Source: Sphyrna mokarran (taxonomy: Eukaryota). From it: 64,000 bases of DNA. Shown here in pieces: positions 60,530 through 64,000 of this stretch (within the stretch, counting starts at the first letter, position 1; each line of letters begins with the position of its first letter). The stretch lies in the NCBI GenBank assembly GCA_024679065.1, contig JAGIQG010000009.1, positions 109,244,001-109,308,000 on the forward strand. The letters are read 5' to 3'. The position numbers and the translations under genes were made by a program. Below the pieces are notes generated by a model. It was given only the letters and a program-made list of their open reading frames with translations. It did no database searches and was not told where the DNA came from.

Positions 60530-61018
60530 ACGATGTGGTGATGCTGGCGTTGGACTGGGGTGGGCACAGTAAGAATTCTCACAACACCAGGTTAAAGTCC
60601 AATAGGTTTATTTAGTAGCAGGAGCTTTTGGGGCGTAGCCCCTTTATCAGGTGAGTGATGGGTTACAATGCTGAGCAGAGACTGATAGCCAAGTTCCACA
60701 CACATGAGAACAGCCTCAACTGGGATCTTGGGTTCATGTCACAATATCTTTAACCCCCCCACGACTTACTGGATTTGTAAAATCTCAATAACTATCCTGG
60801 CTTGAGACAATTTACACCTCTTTAACCTGTGCTAAACCCTCTCTTGCATTGTCTTTATCTGTCAAGATTTGATTCCAGCTATTATCTTGTGATTGATTCT
60901 GTACCTACATGTCTCCCATTTGTGAACCAAATGGTGCACTTTCCTGATGGAGGGGCAGTGCTCCGAAAGCTCATGCTACTTGCTGGACTTTAACCTGGTT
61001 TTTGTGAGACTTCTCACT
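60530..61018 (+). mobile_element. Penelope-like retroelement remnant with inverted pLTR
   Basis: Reverse pLTR 60530-60657; ORF tail EQRLIAKFHTHENSLNWDLGFMSQY; forward pLTR with CTGATGG-stem-GAAA at 60944-60968. Confidence 0.75.
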
Positions 61019-61754
61019 ATGTTAACTTCATCGAGTGTTGTAAAAACCCATCTGGTTCACTAATGTCCTTTAGGGAAAGAGGTCTGTCTGGTCTACAAGT
61101 GACTCCAGAGCCACAGCAATGTGGTTGAGTCTCAGCAACCCAATTGCCCAGCAAGCCACTCAGTTGAAAGAAATGAATACTGGCCTTGCCAGCGATATTC
61201 ATATCCCATGGAAGAATAAGGAAAAACATCACAGTAAACAGTGGAGGTTTCAGATAAGGATGAATCAGACATCGGGTACAATCCGAGCTTGGTTTTAGTT
61301 TCTCACTTGAGCAGTGTGGCATTGGGAAGGTCAGTCTGGATTTCTGTGCTAAGGTGTTAATTGGTTGCACTAATAAAATGTCTACTCATAGTTATTTGTC
61401 CACCTTATAAGCGTTAAAACAGACTGTGCGGCAGGCAACAGGTGGGATTCGAACCCACAAACCTCTGACCCAGAGGTGAGAACGTCAGCCACTGTGTCTG
61501 GGTTTCCTAACACTATGCAGCATCCAGATTGGCACTTGCCATCTCAAATCTGCTCCTGCCCTGGCATGTTGGTTAGAGGATTTGGGCAGAATGTGGGTCC
61601 AGAGAGCAGGAAAATGCGAGGTGGCCTCATTGAAAGATGTAAGGTTTTTGGGAGGCTCGAGGGGTGGGCACTGCATTGATTTGTCCCCTGGGCAAACAGT
61701 CTGGGCCGAGAGGGTCAATGCCCGAGAATGATGTTGGCCAGTTCATACAGCAAT

Positions 61755-62135
61755 GAGGAGAGATTCCTTCATCCAGAAGGGTGGTGAATCGTTGGAATTC
61801 TCTGCCTGATGAGATGGTGGAGGCTTCCTCACTGAATATGTTCAAGTCAAGAGTGGATAGGTTTTTAATTGACAAGGGAATTAAGGGTTACGGGGAGAAA
61901 GCGGGAAAGTGGGACTGAACCACTACAGATCAGCCATGATCTTATTGAATGGCGGGGCAGGCTCGAGGGGCTGGATGGCCGACTCCTGCTCCTATTTCTT
62001 ATGTTCTAATTTTTGGAATTCTCTGTCCTGGAGAACAGTGGACATTCAATTGTTGAAGATATTTCAGACAGGAATGGAACTTTTTTTTGGTATGAAGGAA
62101 ATTAAGGGATATGGAAATAGTACAGGAAGGTGGAG
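61755..62135 (+). mobile_element. CR1-like LINE 3' end fragments
   Basis: ttcatccagaagggtggtgaatcgttggaattc..gatcagccatgatc..actcctgctcct tail. Confidence 0.78.
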
Positions 62136-62212
62136 ATCAGGAAGAAAGTCAACCATGGTTGTATTGTATGGTCCACTCCATTGCCTAATGCTCACACTCT
62201 TGTCTTTGCTAG

Positions 62213-62730
62213 CTGCTGTGAAGATAGACCCCCGGACGGCCAACGCCAATCTGACCATCTCCCTGGATGGGCAGACTGTGAAAGGCGGAGAGACGCTGCA
62301 GGTCCCTGACAATCCAGAGCGGTTTGACTCTGCCCCATACGCGCTGGGCGAGGGCGGTTTCACAGAGGGCATGCACTACTGGGTGGTGCAGGTGGCGAAG
62401 AAGACCTACTGGGATGTGGGCGTCGCCAACGGGTCAGTCCAGCGGAAGGGCATGCCCAACCTGTGCTCGGACGCTGGCTTCTGGACGCTCGGGCGGGACA
62501 GCGAGCTGTACGGGATAAGTGATCCAAATCGCTCCCGCATCACTGTGACGGACAAACCTGAGAAGATCGGAGTGTTCCTGGAACTGGAGGCGGGTAGAGT
62601 GTCTTTTTACAACGCTGATACCATGTTCCATCTATACACTTTCAACGCCAACTTCTCGGACAAAGTCTACCCATTCTTTTGGCCTGGCTGGGATGACGCA
62701 CCCTTATCTGTCTGCCCGGTCAAGAGCTAA
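62213..62730 (+). CDS. Gene B terminal B30.2 (PRY-SPRY) exon
   Basis: AAVKIDPRTANANLTIS..PDNPERFD..GMHYWVVQV..WDVGV..GFW..KIGVFLELEAGRVSFYN..KVYPFFWP; stop 62730; total CDS 1689 nt. Confidence 0.97.
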
Positions 62731-63016
62731 TTGACCAATGCCTCATTGAACATTAGTCTGGTCAAGGAGAAGTTAACCAGCTCTTTAATTTGGCCTGTCA
62801 GTGATTAGTTAACCAATCCTCTGGAGAGATTTGTACTTGTTGTAAAGTACCTTCCATGTGGTTTTGCAATGGAAAACTTGGGTTTCCCATTGAAGCACTG
62901 GCCCAAAGTGAGTCTGTGTTCCAGATGCTTTGCCGTGGTAAGGAAGCAATAGCGACAAACTGCTCAGCCTCGCTGACCATTGGACGGCTGAAGTGGAACC
63001 TATTGGATTGTACTGA

Positions 63017-63022
63017 AATAAA
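63017..63022 (+). terminator. Candidate poly(A) signal AATAAA of gene B
   Basis: Canonical hexamer ~290 nt after the stop. Confidence 0.45.
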
Positions 63023-63683
63023 ATGTGACGACAGAGACTCTCCATCACTTCACAAGCCACGGAAAACCTCATCAGTGCTTTGGACAAAGTCGCCCAGCCT
63101 TTATCTCCTTGTGTGTGCCTTGAGGGAACTTTTCATACAAGAGCATTTTATTCCTGAAAAGTAAGGATTTTTTTCATGTCTGTTGAAAAAGAGAGAAAGA
63201 TAACATTGGAACGACAACAAGCACATCTCGAGTCAGATTAATAAGAGTGCCTCAGGTTAACTCAGTATTTTATATTGTGAAAAAGGGAAAGGGGACATTG
63301 AAAAGTTACAAAGTCGATCTTTCCCTACATCCTACTAATGATGGTAACACTACACTCTGCATTTTCTCATGTCCTTCTTTATGAATGGTATGTTGTCTGC
63401 ATAGCATGCAAGAAATAATATTTTTGATTGTATGCTAACACGTGACAATAATCAATCAAATCAAATCAAACTTCCTGCTAATAATATGTGGGGCACTGGC
63501 TCTTAACTTGAACTGTTTGTCATCCAGTATATTGTGAAGCATAGGACAGATTCATTAATTTATCTTGCACTTCTTACGTTGCCAAATATTAACCAGAAAA
63601 GCTGTTTTTTTCACTTGAATTGTTCATTATTTTGAATGCCTCTTTGAATTATTCCTCCAATCTCCTCTGCAAATTGCGTAGAA

Positions 63684-63839
63684 TGATATACAGATGCCGG
63701 CGTTGGATTGGGGTGGTAAGAACTCAGTAAGAATTTAGCAACACCAATTTATAATCCAACTGATTTATTTGATAGTAAAAACGTGAGCTTTCAACACTCT
63801 GTGTCTTCGTCAGGCACATTTGTTGCTAAATTCTTACTG
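63684..63839 (-). mobile_element. Penelope-derived mini-element with 12-bp flanking duplication and hammerhead core
   Basis: AATTGCGTAGAA at 63672-63683 and 63840-63851; internal 20-bp inverted repeat; reverse CTGACGA-stem-GAAA. Confidence 0.7.
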
Positions 63840-63861
63840 AATTGCGTAGAAGGCATGGAAA

Positions 63862-64000
63862 ATCTGAGAGAGATCTGGATATGCTGAGTGAGTGGGTGAG
63901 GATCTGGCAGATGGAGTATAACATTAGCAAATGTGAGGTTATCCACTTTGGTAGAAATAATAGTAGGAGGGATTATTAATTTAAAGGGTGAAAAGCTGCA
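63862..64000 (+). mobile_element. CR1-like RT fragment
   Basis: DLDMLSEWVRIWQMEYNISKCEVIHFGRNN. Confidence 0.85.

Noticed and set aside
61430-61500. tRNA-like sequence on the minus strand (GGGTTCGAATCCC B box)
   Set aside because: No complete cloverleaf; resembles a SINE head, like other B boxes in the window
11074-62730. Assigning mammalian symbols such as BTN1A1, BTN2A1 or BTN3A
   Set aside because: Orthology cannot be established without phylogeny

Overview
Vertebrate genomic DNA, most likely a shark or other cartilaginous fish (inferred from HE1/V-SINE-like, CR1-like, Rex-like and Penelope-like repeats). The window holds two complete, tandem, plus-strand butyrophilin-family (BTN/BTNL) genes reconstructed by hand from GT-AG junctions, all phase 1. 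Gene A: CDS 11074-26989, 11 coding exons, 496 aa; signal peptide, IgV, IgC, TM, six microexons (27/27/21/21/27/27 nt), B30.2/PRY-SPRY. Gene B: CDS 40328-62730, 17 coding exons, 562 aa; same plan but with twelve 27-nt microexons that alternate as an 18-residue two-exon module. Each gene has a candidate IRF/ISRE-containing promoter and non-coding exon 1, and each of these sits inside its own inverted repeat; the two repeats are unrelated in sequence (old, degenerate arms 1250-1425/2008-2169; near-identical arms 38468-38703/39157-39400). Introns are crowded with minisatellites, G/C-rich tracts, LINE and SINE fragments, a nested LINE-in-LINE palindrome and Penelope-derived minimal hammerhead-ribozyme motifs. 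Most ORFs in the supplied track are spurious repeat translations. Assembly gaps lie at 45818-45967 and 49545-49741. Repeat family names come from motif recall, not a database search, and repeat boundaries are approximate.
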